From an uncultured Gammaproteobacteria bacterium (GTDB taxonomy: Bacteria; Pseudomonadota; Gammaproteobacteria; JAURND01), in the NCBI GenBank assembly GCA_963714975.1, contig CAVQQD010000002.1, positions 608,001 through 672,000 of the forward strand: DNA of 64,000 nucleotides, given 5' to 3'. The stretch's first letter is position 1. Each line of letters opens with the position of its first letter. Positions 52,868-62,462 of the stretch are shown here, piece by piece. A model generated the notes under the pieces. The model did no database searches. It was not told where the DNA came from and saw nothing but the letters and a program-made list of their open reading frames with translations. A program made the position numbers and the translations under genes.

Positions 52868-53003
52868 AAACGCTACCCCCTAAATTAGCCTCGTATAAAC
52901 CATGATGCATTTCTTGTATGGCTTTTACCAACACCTTATCTTTTATCTTCTCTTGCAATGCCCACTTATGAAACTCTTTATTTTTCAAAATATACATTGG
53001 CAT
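52868..53003 (-). pseudogene. RelE/ParE-family toxin 5' fragment truncated by the IS605 right end
   Basis: YILKNKEFHKWA..I.D..L..AI.EM..GLYEANLGGSV stops exactly at the IS boundary. Confidence 0.75.
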
Positions 53004-53212
53004 TTCTCTCTATAAGTATACCACCTTGTGCCATAGGGTTGAATATAATTTAAAATTTACTGAACTTTAAATGCATTATCTACATGGAAATTCTCAGGTT
53101 CAATACCGTATTGCACGATATGAAACATCCACTCTCCCGCTTGTACGGTATGGTTCAGGGGTTAGGAATTTGTTACTTTAGGCATGTAAGGAGCAAAAAT
53201 AAGCTTATTGCT

Positions 53213-53681
53213 GGTATTATCCAAACCGATTTTCTATGAATTTGCCGGCCAAATTTTTCCACCGAGTCGTTATTTACATCGTGAATGGGACATAGACATT
53301 GCATTGCAGGCAAGATTATTCACAAGGCTTTGTGCTGATTACCGCACTATTATATTTAATGGTAATAACGCTATTAGTCATGAGCGCTTTTGGCAGCAGT
53401 ATCCTCCAAGGCCAAATGACACAGCATATGAACGATGAATTGCAAGCCTTGAACGAGCTCAGGCAGCATTGTTAATGGCAGAGCAATCAATTCAAGGTAC
53501 TGAACTGGTAGGGTAGGGGAGTGACCATGGGGCAAATTATTCTTTTAAGCGATTGGTGGAAATTAAAGGTGGTATTTATTATCAAGTAAGTGCTACAGGT
53601 ACTTTTGCTGCGGCTCAAAGCCAGTTGCAAAGCATTTGGCTGATGCCGGATAAAAAAAGAGTGTGGTGGTCGGAGGGCTAA
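53213..53681 (+). pseudogene. Duplicated pilW 3' end plus frameshifted pilX copy
   Basis: Similar to 50964-51073 and to 55101-55594; contains indels and a stop. Confidence 0.8.
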
Positions 53682-53717
53682 GGAGCTTAATCGTTCGCTT
53701 CTCTCTTCGAGACTTTT

Positions 53718-54950
53718 TTAATACAAAAACCCAAACAGCCACAGAGGAATGCGTTTTTGAAAACCGTGCTCAATATTATCAACAGCTAAGTAGGCATTTT
53801 CCAGCTCTTTCACTTGTGATAGGTCTTTATTTTTTCCTCCTACTTCAATCTGAATTTCGTTATCAATACAGAAATCTGTTCGTGGATGGCCAGTGATTTT
53901 GTGTTGGGGGCTCAGCATACTTAGGAAAAATGTCTCACGTACATTGCCAATATTTGGCTGCGTTTCTAGGGTATAGAGTAGATTGGGGTTACTAAGCAGA
54001 ATTTTATCCGTCATTTCCAGGTGTTTAAGTCGCTGATTACCGGCAGGTAAGCAACGCACAATACTGGCATCTTCTAGATATTTAAAATAAGTTTTGATGG
54101 TGCGATCATCCTGAATGTCAGTTAGGTTTTTAATTTTTTGCCAATTGGGGGTAAAGGGTACTTCTTGAGCAATATAGGCCAGTAATTGTTTAATTTTTTT
54201 AATGCTATTACCGGTGAGATGAGGATAAATCGCCGCTAAATCCGCTTCAATTGTAGTATGTAAATTTTGTTCCAAGGTAATTTTAAATTCGTTTAGATCT
54301 TTAAATTCTCGGAAATAAGGATAATAGCCATGCTGGCGATATTGTTGAAAGAGTTTGAGAATTTTGAGTTCTTTGGAAGCAAGCAATTCAATAATTTCAA
54401 AAGCATGTTGCGTGTGTTGCTGCAGAATGTCGGTGAGAGTAAAGCTGGGTAAGGACAGATCATGACTTAATTCGATAAATTCTCGGAACGAGAGGCCAAC
54501 CATCCGATAAGTCACAGCTCGGCGGCTTAGGTCATGGCTGCCTTGATGAATTTCTAATGCAGAACTGCCTGAAGCGATAATGCGTAATTGTGGAAAAGTA
54601 TCACAAATGCTTTTTAGCTCCATGGACCAATTAGGATATTTGTGCAGCTCATCAAAGGCGATGAATTGTCCTCCTAGTTGGACAAAGGTTTCGGCGATCT
54701 CGTATAAACTGAGATTTTGCACTACGAAATGGTCAGCCTGGATATATAGTATTTCATCGCTGTAGCGATTTTGGTGGGCATAATCGAGTAAATATTGAAT
54801 AATGGTCGTGGTTTTACCAATTCCCCGCTCTCCTAGGATAATGGCGAAGTGATGTTTTAAAAGAGTGGTCCGAATAAAATAACGGCGATATTGCGCAAAT
54901 TTATGTGTAATGAAAGTTTGACTGAGTTCAAATAAGGCTTGGATATTCAT
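53718..54950 (-). CDS. AAA+ ATPase (AAA_14/DUF4143-type)
   Basis: GERGIGKTT, FDELHKY, SGSS..DLSRR, C-terminal DF..EVGGKNK..IPLWLFGFLY. Confidence 0.88.
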   Translation of the reverse strand: MNIQALFELSQTFITHKFAQYRRYFIRTTLLKHHFAIILGERGIGKTTTIIQYLLDYAHQNRYSDEILYIQADHFVVQNLSLYEIAETFVQLGGQFIAFDELHKYPNWSMELKSICDTFPQLRIIASGSSALEIHQGSHDLSRRAVTYRMVGLSFREFIELSHDLSLPSFTLTDILQQHTQHAFEIIELLASKELKILKLFQQYRQHGYYPYFREFKDLNEFKITLEQNLHTTIEADLAAIYPHLTGNSIKKIKQLLAYIAQEVPFTPNWQKIKNLTDIQDDRTIKTYFKYLEDASIVRCLPAGNQRLKHLEMTDKILLSNPNLLYTLETQPNIGNVRETFFLSMLSPQHKITGHPRTDFCIDNEIQIEVGGKNKDLSQVKELENAYLAVDNIEHGFQKRIPLWLFGFLY

Positions 54951-55126
54951 AGATTCGGGTATCCTGTAGAGCGTTTCAAATATAGCTCACGAATATATGG
55001 AATGCAAACCATTTCTAATCCGCTTTAAAGGCTTAGCTCTACTGTATGTTTCAGAGTGTGGGAATTTGTTACATTAGTCTATATAAAAACTGATTTACTT
55101 TGAATTTGCCGGCCAAATTTTTCCAG

Positions 55127-55173
55127 GTCTGTAGGGGACAAAAATAATTCCTCCTTTTTCTCCCCCTATAGAG
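55127..55173. mobile_element. 47-bp minimal derivative of the 8288 MITE
   Basis: GTCTGTAGGGG..CCCCTATAGAG flanked by TTTTTCCAG/TTTTTTCAG; absent from the paralogous site near 53255. Confidence 0.8.
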
Positions 55174-55218
55174 TTTTTTCAGCGAGTCGTTATTTACAGC
55201 GTGAATAGGATATAAACA

Positions 55219-55602
55219 TTGCATTGCAGTAAGAATAATTCAGAAGGTTTTGTGCTGATTACCGCATTATTATATTTAATGGTAATAACCCTACTGGTAA
55301 TGAGCGCTTTTGGCAGCAGTATCCTACAAGGTCAAATGACACAGCACATGTATGATGAGTTGCAAGCATTAGAGCGAGCTCAGGCAGCATTATTAACAGC
55401 AGAGCAATCAATTCAAGGCACAGAACTGATGGGAGAGGGGAGTGATCATGGGGTAAATTTTTCTTTTAAACGGCTGACGGAAAATAAAGGCGGTATTTAT
55501 TATCAAGTAAATGCCACAAGTACTTTTGCTGCGGCTAAAAGCCAACTGCAAAGCATTTGGCTGATGCCGGATAAAAAAAGAGTGTGGTGGTCGGCGATTT
55601 GA
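55219..55602 (+). CDS. pilX: PilX-like minor pilin
   Basis: EGFVLITALLYLMVITLL..ALERAQAALLTAEQ..YYQVNA; start uncertain. Confidence 0.65.
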   Translation: MHCSKNNSEGFVLITALLYLMVITLLVMSAFGSSILQGQMTQHMYDELQALERAQAALLTAEQSIQGTELMGEGSDHGVNFSFKRLTENKGGIYYQVNATSTFAAAKSQLQSIWLMPDKKRVWWSAI

Positions 55603-55638
55603 CATCCTCACCTTCCTAAGGGAAGGTGAGGATGTCAA
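55599..55638. repeat. 40-bp palindrome made of two IS605-like right-end termini
   Basis: TTGACATCCTCACCTTCC-TAAG-GGAAGGTGAGGATGTCAA (18-bp perfect arms). Confidence 0.85.
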
Positions 55639-55826
55639 CCATGTATTTAGCTAAATTTAATCTGACTTTGAGAGCATTTCATCTCTTCTAATTTTTGCTG
55701 CTGCAATGTCGAACTTTGATTGAGGCAACAACGCCATTTTATATTAAAAATTGGTAGACTTCGGCATTGAATTAGGTTATTTTTCTGTAAGTAAGAAACA
55801 TCTACCCCAATCATGAGGAATTGACT

Positions 55827-56436
55827 ATGAGTACTGAACAGAAGTATAGCCAAGTTAGTAGTTTGGAGCGCAATTTGGGTGATTATCTCAATGATTTTAA
55901 GCAAAAAGCACATAAATTACCCACTCATAGATTCGCAGTGGGTTACGAACAAAACCTTGAGGATGCTCGAAAAAGGCATAAAGATTCTCTACAAGTGCTG
56001 AAAGATATTAAAGCTTATGTGGATAAGAACCAAGCATTGAATCCGGAATTACAGCAATTAGTTCCACAAGTATTAGAAGCAGTAAAACAAGATGCGAAGG
56101 AATGGTATAAAATAAGCACGAGCTCTCATAACCAGGAAGAGTACTTCTATCCCAATGGTAGGGACGATAGTAGGCTACCAAGCTTCATGGTAACTGCCCT
56201 CGTTTCAATAGGTGGAGGTGTTGCTAGCAGATCAAATATTTGAAACCGATGGTCTTGCTGTGGGTATCGGAGCTGGGGCGTGGGTCGTGCTTTTTTTGCT
56301 TGCTGTTACGGTACAAAACCGAATTTATGCTACTAATGATAAGAATGAGGTGCTGGATCAGGTTGAAGAGATTGGGGCTAAGATAAAATCAACAGATGAT
56401 GTGTCCTTAAGAGTTGTAGTGGTTGACCCTGTATGA
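55827..56436 (+). CDS. Two-TM hypothetical protein, family member 4 (frameshift near 56222)
   Basis: MSTEQ start like 48438 (MSTET); VLEAVKQDAKEWY; TM hairpin split across ORFs 55821 and 56212. Confidence 0.55.
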
Positions 56437-56587
56437 GCCCAAAATAATTCCCCCTTTGAAAAAGGGGGATTAAGGGGGATTTAAAAAGATAAGGATACTA
56501 ACGTTATTTTCGTAGTACACAATCTCTTTAAATCCCTCCTAACCTCCCTTTTCCAAAGTGAGGGATTTATTTTTGTCTCCTACAGAG
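56427..56587. mobile_element. Inverted copy of the 8288 MITE
   Basis: Shares the TAACGTTATTTTCGTAGTAC core and TIRs; degenerate 9-bp TSD AGTGGTTGA/AGTTGTTAA. Confidence 0.8.
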
Positions 56588-56612
56588 AGTTGTTAATGCA
56601 TAGTTTCTCTTG

Positions 56613-56644
56613 TTAATATTCCATTAATCTGGGTTTGTTACAAT
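56613..56644 (+). promoter_or_regulatory. PmrA-type box plus -10 (TACAAT)
   Basis: TTAATATT at 56613, TTAAT at 56624, -10 at 56639. Confidence 0.7.
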
Positions 56645-56675
56645 ATAGACAATGAAAAAGTTGAGGAGGTGAGTT

Positions 56676-57032
56676 ATGGCACAAGAGAGACTAGGGGCAC
56701 AAGCGATGCCGAGCTGGGCTGCGCGAGGGATTGATGCACGGTTAGGGGATACTTCCTTGATGGATTATGGGCTTACTACTGATGGTAGAAATACGGAGTT
56801 ATATTTGGGTGAGGCGCGTAAACGTAATCACATTGGGGCTCGTGATGGTGAAGAATACAATGGTGTTGCAGATAATGCATGGCAGAAAGGTAATGCCAGG
56901 CGTAATCGTAATGACGGGCTGACTGAGGAGAGATTAGATCAAAACGTAGATTTAACTAATGCGAAGTTGAATCAGCAGCAAGCAAGCGTTGATGAGAAAA
57001 CTGAGGACAATACTCCTAGTTTTGGGATGTGA
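56676..57032 (+). CDS. Small hydrophilic hypothetical protein, candidate translocated substrate
   Basis: Strong RBS GAGGAGGTG, PmrA-type promoter, acidic C-terminus DEKTEDNTPSFGM. Confidence 0.7.
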   Translation: MAQERLGAQAMPSWAARGIDARLGDTSLMDYGLTTDGRNTELYLGEARKRNHIGARDGEEYNGVADNAWQKGNARRNRNDGLTEERLDQNVDLTNAKLNQQQASVDEKTEDNTPSFGM

Positions 57033-57093
57033 TTAATACCCCCTCCTCCCACAAGGGGGGAAGGAATAATGCCGAGGGTTTATTATGGGGGTT

Positions 57094-60000
57094 CTACTTC
57101 GAGCGATCCTTAGCAAAATAGGTATACATGGTTGGGACGACAAATAAAGTGAAGGCCGTTCCAATTAACATTCCGGTCGCAATCACCAAACCAATATTGT
57201 AGCGGCTAACCGCACCCGCTCCGGTGGCAATAAGCAGCGGTACCACGCCTAGAATCATCGAAGCAGTCGTCATCAAAATAGGTCGTAAGCGAATTGAGGC
57301 GGCTTTCTCAATCGCTTCACGGACGCTTAATTTCTCTGCGACCTGCAATTTATTGGCAAAGTCCACCATTAAAATGCCGTGCTTACTAATCAGTCCAATC
57401 AGGGTAATTAAACCCACTTGGGTGTAAATATTAATCGTGGCTAGCCCTAAGTTTAATGGGATTAAGGCTCCACAAATCGACATCGGAACGCTAATTAAAA
57501 TAATAAAGGGATCACGGAAGCTTTCAAATTGTGCTGCCAGCACCAGAAAAATAATGATAATGGCAAAAAAGAAGGTATAAATTAAAGCACTGCCTTCTTC
57601 AATGAATTGTCGCGATTGCCCGGCAAAATCATAGCCCATGCCTTTGGGGAGTATTTTATCTGCTTGCTTTTTAAGAAAATCCAAAGCATCGCCAATAGTT
57701 TTACCAGGAACCAAAATACCTTGCAAAGTGGCGGCGTTTAATTGTTGAAATTCGGCTAAATTATTGGGTTTGGCTGCCTCGGTAATACTCACCATGGTAG
57801 ACAAGGGCACCATAGTGCCATTGGCCGCCTTGACGTAAATATTGGCTATTTGCTGCGGGTTTAACCGCAATTCTCGTAAAACTTGCGGAATCACTTCGTA
57901 ACTCCGTCCTTCCATGCTAAACAAATTAATATAATTACCTCCTAAGGAAATGGCGAGGGCATTACCGATATCCTGCATACTGATGCCAAGTTGTCCGGCT
58001 TTATTGCGATCAATATGCACCACTAATTCTGGCTTATTAAACTTTAACGAGTTATCAATAAAGATAAATAAACCACTTTTTCGAGCCGCTTCTTCAATTT
58101 GTTGAGAAATTTGATAAATTAATTCAAAACTGCTGGTGGAATTGATGACAAATTGAATGGGAAGCGGTGTTCCTCCAACGGGTAAGGAAGGCAGGGGAAA
58201 GATTGCGGTTTTTAATCCAGCAACATCCCGAACTTTTTCTTGGATGATCGGGTTCAATTGCTGCTGCGAGCGACTTCGTTCATTCCAAGGTTTGAGGATA
58301 ATTCCCGAAAAAGCACTGGTCGGGTCATTGTTCATCCCATTGACCGCAAAATAGGCTTCAGTTTCTGGGAAACTTTTAAAGATTTTGTCAAATTCAGCAG
58401 TATAGGCGGTGAGATAATCAATATTAGCGTATTGGGGTGCGGTAGATTGCGCAAATAAGACGCTTTGATCTTCATCTGGGGCTAATTGTGATTGAGTAGT
58501 GCTATATAAGAAATAACAGCTAATTATTACTAGAATGGCAAATACCGCGACGACAGGCCGATAATTAAGCACGGCGTGGAGGCGCCGGCGGTAGGTTTCT
58601 TTGAGTTCTTCAAATTTGGTGTCTAGATAATGAACCATGCGTCCTTGACTAAGGTTGGCATTAAGCACTTTTGAGCACATCATCGGGGACAGGGTCAGGG
58701 CAATAATCCCAGAAATAATCACCGAACTTGCCAGAGTAAAAGCAAATTCCTTAAATAGGGCGCCGGTTAAACCGGTCATAAACCCAATGGGGGCATAAAC
58801 TGCAGCGAGAGTAATTGTCATCGCAATGACGGGAGTGGCAATTTCTCGGGCGCCTTTGATAGCGGCATCAACAGGTGACAAACCTTCTTCAATATGACGA
58901 TAAATATTTTCTACCACGACAATCGCATCATCCACCACTAAACCAATGGCCAATACCATCGCCAGCAAAGTCAGTAGGTTTAATGAATAACCTAGGGCTA
59001 ACATAAAAGTACAAACGCCAACTAAGGAGAGCGGGATCGTGATGATCGGGATGGTGACTGAGCGTAGTGATCCTAAGAAGAGGAAAATCACTAAGATAAC
59101 AATAACAGTTGCTTCGACAATAGTCTTGATTACTTCTTCAAGAGAAGCGCTAATATAACGGGTGGAATCATAGGCTATTTTCAGACCTAGGGAGGGAGGA
59201 AAATTCTTTTCCAGATCGGGTAGTAATTTTCGTACGTCCTCAATGACAATGAGTGGATTGGCGGCGGGGGTAGCATTAATACCGACAAAAATAGCTTTTT
59301 GCCCATTAAAGGTCACCAAAGATTCATAGGTTTCTGAGCCTAGTTCTACATTGGCAATATCTTGTAAGCGAATTAAAACACTATTTTGTTGTTTGACTAC
59401 CATATTCCGAAAAGTATCCACATCATGAATACCAGTTTCGGCGCTGATATTAAATGCGACATATTCCCCCTTGGTTTTTCCTGGCGCGGATTGAAAATTG
59501 TTTTTCTTCAGGGCATCGGTAATATCATTCGGCGTGACTCGCAGCGCCGCCATGCGTTGCGGATCAAGCCAGATGCGCATGGCAAATTTGCTGCCACCAA
59601 AAATGTCAGCACTAGCGACACCGGATATCGTTTGCAGCCGTGGTTGAATGACGCGTGTGATGTAGTCAGTGATTTGTTCTGGGGTCATTTCGCTACTAAA
59701 AAAGCTCAAATACATCAGCGCTACAGTAGCACCCGTACTTTTTTCAATGGTAGGCTGTTTGGCTTCGGAAGGTAATTGTCCCTGGACTTCAGCTACCTTA
59801 CTCATGATGTCGGTAAAGGCGGTATCAGGGCTGTAATTGAGCTTGATATAAGCTTGGATTGTGCTGACCCCCTGGGAGCTTGAGGCAGTGAGGTAATCAA
59901 TGCCATCGGCGCTGGCAATGGATTTTTCTAAGATGGAAGTGATAAAACCTTGGATAACGTCAGGACTTGCTCCTGGATAAGCAGTCGTTACGGTAATGAC

Positions 60001-60129
60001 AGTATTTTCCATTTCTGGATATTGCCGTAACTGTAAATCATTTATGGAGCGCAGTCCGACAATAAAAATCAGTAAACTCACCACAGTGGCTAGAACGGGA
60101 CGCTTGATGAAAATGTCAGTAAATTGCAT
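57094..60129 (-). CDS. RND efflux transporter permease (AcrB/MexW-like)
   Basis: FIKRPVLA, LAIGLVVDDAIVVVEN, GLISKHGIL, RLRPILMT. Confidence 0.96.
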   Translation of the reverse strand: MQFTDIFIKRPVLATVVSLLIFIVGLRSINDLQLRQYPEMENTVITVTTAYPGASPDVIQGFITSILEKSIASADGIDYLTASSSQGVSTIQAYIKLNYSPDTAFTDIMSKVAEVQGQLPSEAKQPTIEKSTGATVALMYLSFFSSEMTPEQITDYITRVIQPRLQTISGVASADIFGGSKFAMRIWLDPQRMAALRVTPNDITDALKKNNFQSAPGKTKGEYVAFNISAETGIHDVDTFRNMVVKQQNSVLIRLQDIANVELGSETYESLVTFNGQKAIFVGINATPAANPLIVIEDVRKLLPDLEKNFPPSLGLKIAYDSTRYISASLEEVIKTIVEATVIVILVIFLFLGSLRSVTIPIITIPLSLVGVCTFMLALGYSLNLLTLLAMVLAIGLVVDDAIVVVENIYRHIEEGLSPVDAAIKGAREIATPVIAMTITLAAVYAPIGFMTGLTGALFKEFAFTLASSVIISGIIALTLSPMMCSKVLNANLSQGRMVHYLDTKFEELKETYRRRLHAVLNYRPVVAVFAILVIISCYFLYSTTQSQLAPDEDQSVLFAQSTAPQYANIDYLTAYTAEFDKIFKSFPETEAYFAVNGMNNDPTSAFSGIILKPWNERSRSQQQLNPIIQEKVRDVAGLKTAIFPLPSLPVGGTPLPIQFVINSTSSFELIYQISQQIEEAARKSGLFIFIDNSLKFNKPELVVHIDRNKAGQLGISMQDIGNALAISLGGNYINLFSMEGRSYEVIPQVLRELRLNPQQIANIYVKAANGTMVPLSTMVSITEAAKPNNLAEFQQLNAATLQGILVPGKTIGDALDFLKKQADKILPKGMGYDFAGQSRQFIEEGSALIYTFFFAIIIIFLVLAAQFESFRDPFIILISVPMSICGALIPLNLGLATINIYTQVGLITLIGLISKHGILMVDFANKLQVAEKLSVREAIEKAASIRLRPILMTTASMILGVVPLLIATGAGAVSRYNIGLVIATGMLIGTAFTLFVVPTMYTYFAKDRSK

Positions 60130-60170
60130 ACGCAGCCTAGTCTATAAATAAATCATGGGCGCAGTTTAAC

Positions 60171-61325
60171 CTATTTTAATTGCCCTGGCGCTAGTTCAGG
60201 TAATTTAACGTTATTGTTAATCTTTACTTCTGTCCCGTTATCTAATTTGAGCTGTCCTGAGTTGACGACTTGTTCGCCTGGTTTTAGGCCTTCTAAAATC
60301 GCAATTTCATTGCCACGACGATCACCAATGGTGACATATTGTTGTCGTACCTTATAAATAGGGTGGTCATTTTCATCTTTGTCTTTTTGCTCAACCACAT
60401 ACACGGTACTACCATAAAGGCTTATGGAAACAGCAGTTTGTGGTACTGTCACGACTTTGTATTGTGTAGGCAGCAATACTTGCACGTTGGCAAACATCCC
60501 TGGGTACAATTTGAAATTATCATTGGGTACAGTAGCTTCAATTAAAATATTTCGGGTGATGGGGTCGACTTGGGCATCAATAGCGGTAATTTTGCCCTGG
60601 AATTTTTCACTAGGATAATTGGAGACTTCCATGGCTATGGGTTGGCCGTAGCTGAGCAGTTTGAAATTTTGCTCAGGTAAAGAAAACTGTACGTGCAAGG
60701 GATTGAGTGATTGTAAGTTGACTAAAGCGGTTCCAGGCGAGACATATTGGCCGAGATTAACCTCACGAATACCGATTTTGCCGGCGAAAGGGGCAGTAAT
60801 AAGCTTTTCGCTAATTAATATTTTCGTTTTATTGACCCCGGCTTGGGCTTGTTGCAATTCCGCATTGGCAGAATCTACGCTGGCCTGTGAAGTCGATTTG
60901 GTTTTAAGGAGTTGTAGTTGGCGATCGTAATTCATCTGCGCCAGGGTTAATTGAGAATTAAAATTGACTAAATCTTGCTGATCGACGCGATCATCAAGCT
61001 GCACAAGTTTTTCTCCGGCTTTTACAACTTGACCTGATTGAAAGAAAATTTCTGTGACCATCCCAGGAACCTCTGGGCTCACTTGCACCCCATTGATAGC
61101 CACTAAAGAACCAATAGCATTGATGGTCGGGACCCAGTTTTCTTGTTTGGCAGTAGTGGTGGAAATAGTCACTGCACCGAGACTAAAGTGCGCAAAAAAA
61201 CGGTTCATGAAAAATTTTCGGAGTCCGTTAATTAAAAATATACTGCCAAATAATACAATGACAATGATCAACATGGTGATCATGCGTTTACGGAGCAGGC
61301 TTTTTTCAGGAGGCTGTTCAGTCAT
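60171..61325 (-). CDS. RND periplasmic adaptor (membrane fusion protein)
   Basis: N-terminal anchor, G.V..I.F.SGQ.V..G, ITAPFAG.IG, LYPGMFA. Confidence 0.94.
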   Translation of the reverse strand: MTEQPPEKSLLRKRMITMLIIVIVLFGSIFLINGLRKFFMNRFFAHFSLGAVTISTTTAKQENWVPTINAIGSLVAINGVQVSPEVPGMVTEIFFQSGQVVKAGEKLVQLDDRVDQQDLVNFNSQLTLAQMNYDRQLQLLKTKSTSQASVDSANAELQQAQAGVNKTKILISEKLITAPFAGKIGIREVNLGQYVSPGTALVNLQSLNPLHVQFSLPEQNFKLLSYGQPIAMEVSNYPSEKFQGKITAIDAQVDPITRNILIEATVPNDNFKLYPGMFANVQVLLPTQYKVVTVPQTAVSISLYGSTVYVVEQKDKDENDHPIYKVRQQYVTIGDRRGNEIAILEGLKPGEQVVNSGQLKLDNGTEVKINNNVKLPELAPGQLK

Positions 61326-61328
61326 AGG

Positions 61329-62462
61329 TTATTCCATTTGTAACTCATTTAACAAAGCTGCTATAAAACGCGCTGCCTCTCCACCCGTGATAGCTCGATG
61401 ATCGAAGGTTAAAGAAATGGGTAATATGGAGTGCACAACGGCCTGGCCTTCAAAGGCGACTACCGAGGGCCGAATTTTACCAAAGCCAATGATGCTTGTC
61501 ATCGGCGGAATAATGATTGGGGTTGAATATCGTCCGGCAATTGTACCGAAATTGGTGAGTGTGATAGTGGCGCCTTTCAATTCTTCAGAGGAAAAATGAT
61601 GCGTGCTAGCTTTGGCTTTAAATTCATTGAGTTTCTGCCGTAATTCCGCAGCGGATTGCGCAGCCGCATTTTTAATCACGGGAACATATAAAGCTTCTGG
61701 GGTGTCTACAGCAATCCCAACATTAACTTCCTGAAAGGTTTGGAGGCGATTCTCTCCCCCATGAAAATGTGAGTTTAATACCGGAACCGCCGTGCAAGCG
61801 GCAATGATCGCGCGAACAAAGCGGACGGTAATATCAGAGGATTTTGGCCATAAATGTAAGTCGACATCTTCAAAAAGGGTTACCGGGACAACTTCAGCAT
61901 GAGATTTGGCCATTTGCATGGCCATGATGCGGCGTGCGCCCTGCAGAGGGGTGCCTGCTTTGCTCGCTATTTCTGCTGTTACTGTGGAAGCAGCGGCGGC
62001 ATTGGCGGCACGGCGTACATCTTCTGCAGTCACTGCACCTCCTGGTCCAGTGGCAGTCACTGTGGCTAAATCAACTTGCAATTGCGCGGCTAAGGCACGG
62101 ATAGCCGGTATTGCCTTAATTGTCGAGCGACTTTCAGTCTTAGTTTCTAGCAGAACTTGCGCATTCTCCGGTAAAATATCGCTGCTTTGGATTTCGCCCA
62201 CTACCGTACCGGTATCAGAATGTGGCGGCTCTCCAGCGAAAGCTACTAGCGGGTCACCGGTTTTGATGGTTTCACCTGGTTTGCCATACAGCTTCTCGAT
62301 TCGTCCTGTATGCGGTGAAGGGACATCAACCATTGCTTTAGCTGTTTCCATCGCGACAATCGGTTGATCAACTTGTACCTCGTCTCCTTCAGCTACGTAC
62401 CATTGTCGAATTTCCGCATCCGGCAGACCTTCTCCGAGGTCTGGTAACTTAAATGTAATCAT
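61329..62462 (-). CDS. 2-oxoacid dehydrogenase E2 (dihydrolipoamide acyltransferase)
   Basis: FKLPDLGEGL, lipoyl ETAKA, E3-binding TGPGG, FDHR. Confidence 0.95.
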   Translation of the reverse strand: MITFKLPDLGEGLPDAEIRQWYVAEGDEVQVDQPIVAMETAKAMVDVPSPHTGRIEKLYGKPGETIKTGDPLVAFAGEPPHSDTGTVVGEIQSSDILPENAQVLLETKTESRSTIKAIPAIRALAAQLQVDLATVTATGPGGAVTAEDVRRAANAAAASTVTAEIASKAGTPLQGARRIMAMQMAKSHAEVVPVTLFEDVDLHLWPKSSDITVRFVRAIIAACTAVPVLNSHFHGGENRLQTFQEVNVGIAVDTPEALYVPVIKNAAAQSAAELRQKLNEFKAKASTHHFSSEELKGATITLTNFGTIAGRYSTPIIIPPMTSIIGFGKIRPSVVAFEGQAVVHSILPISLTFDHRAITGGEAARFIAALLNELQME

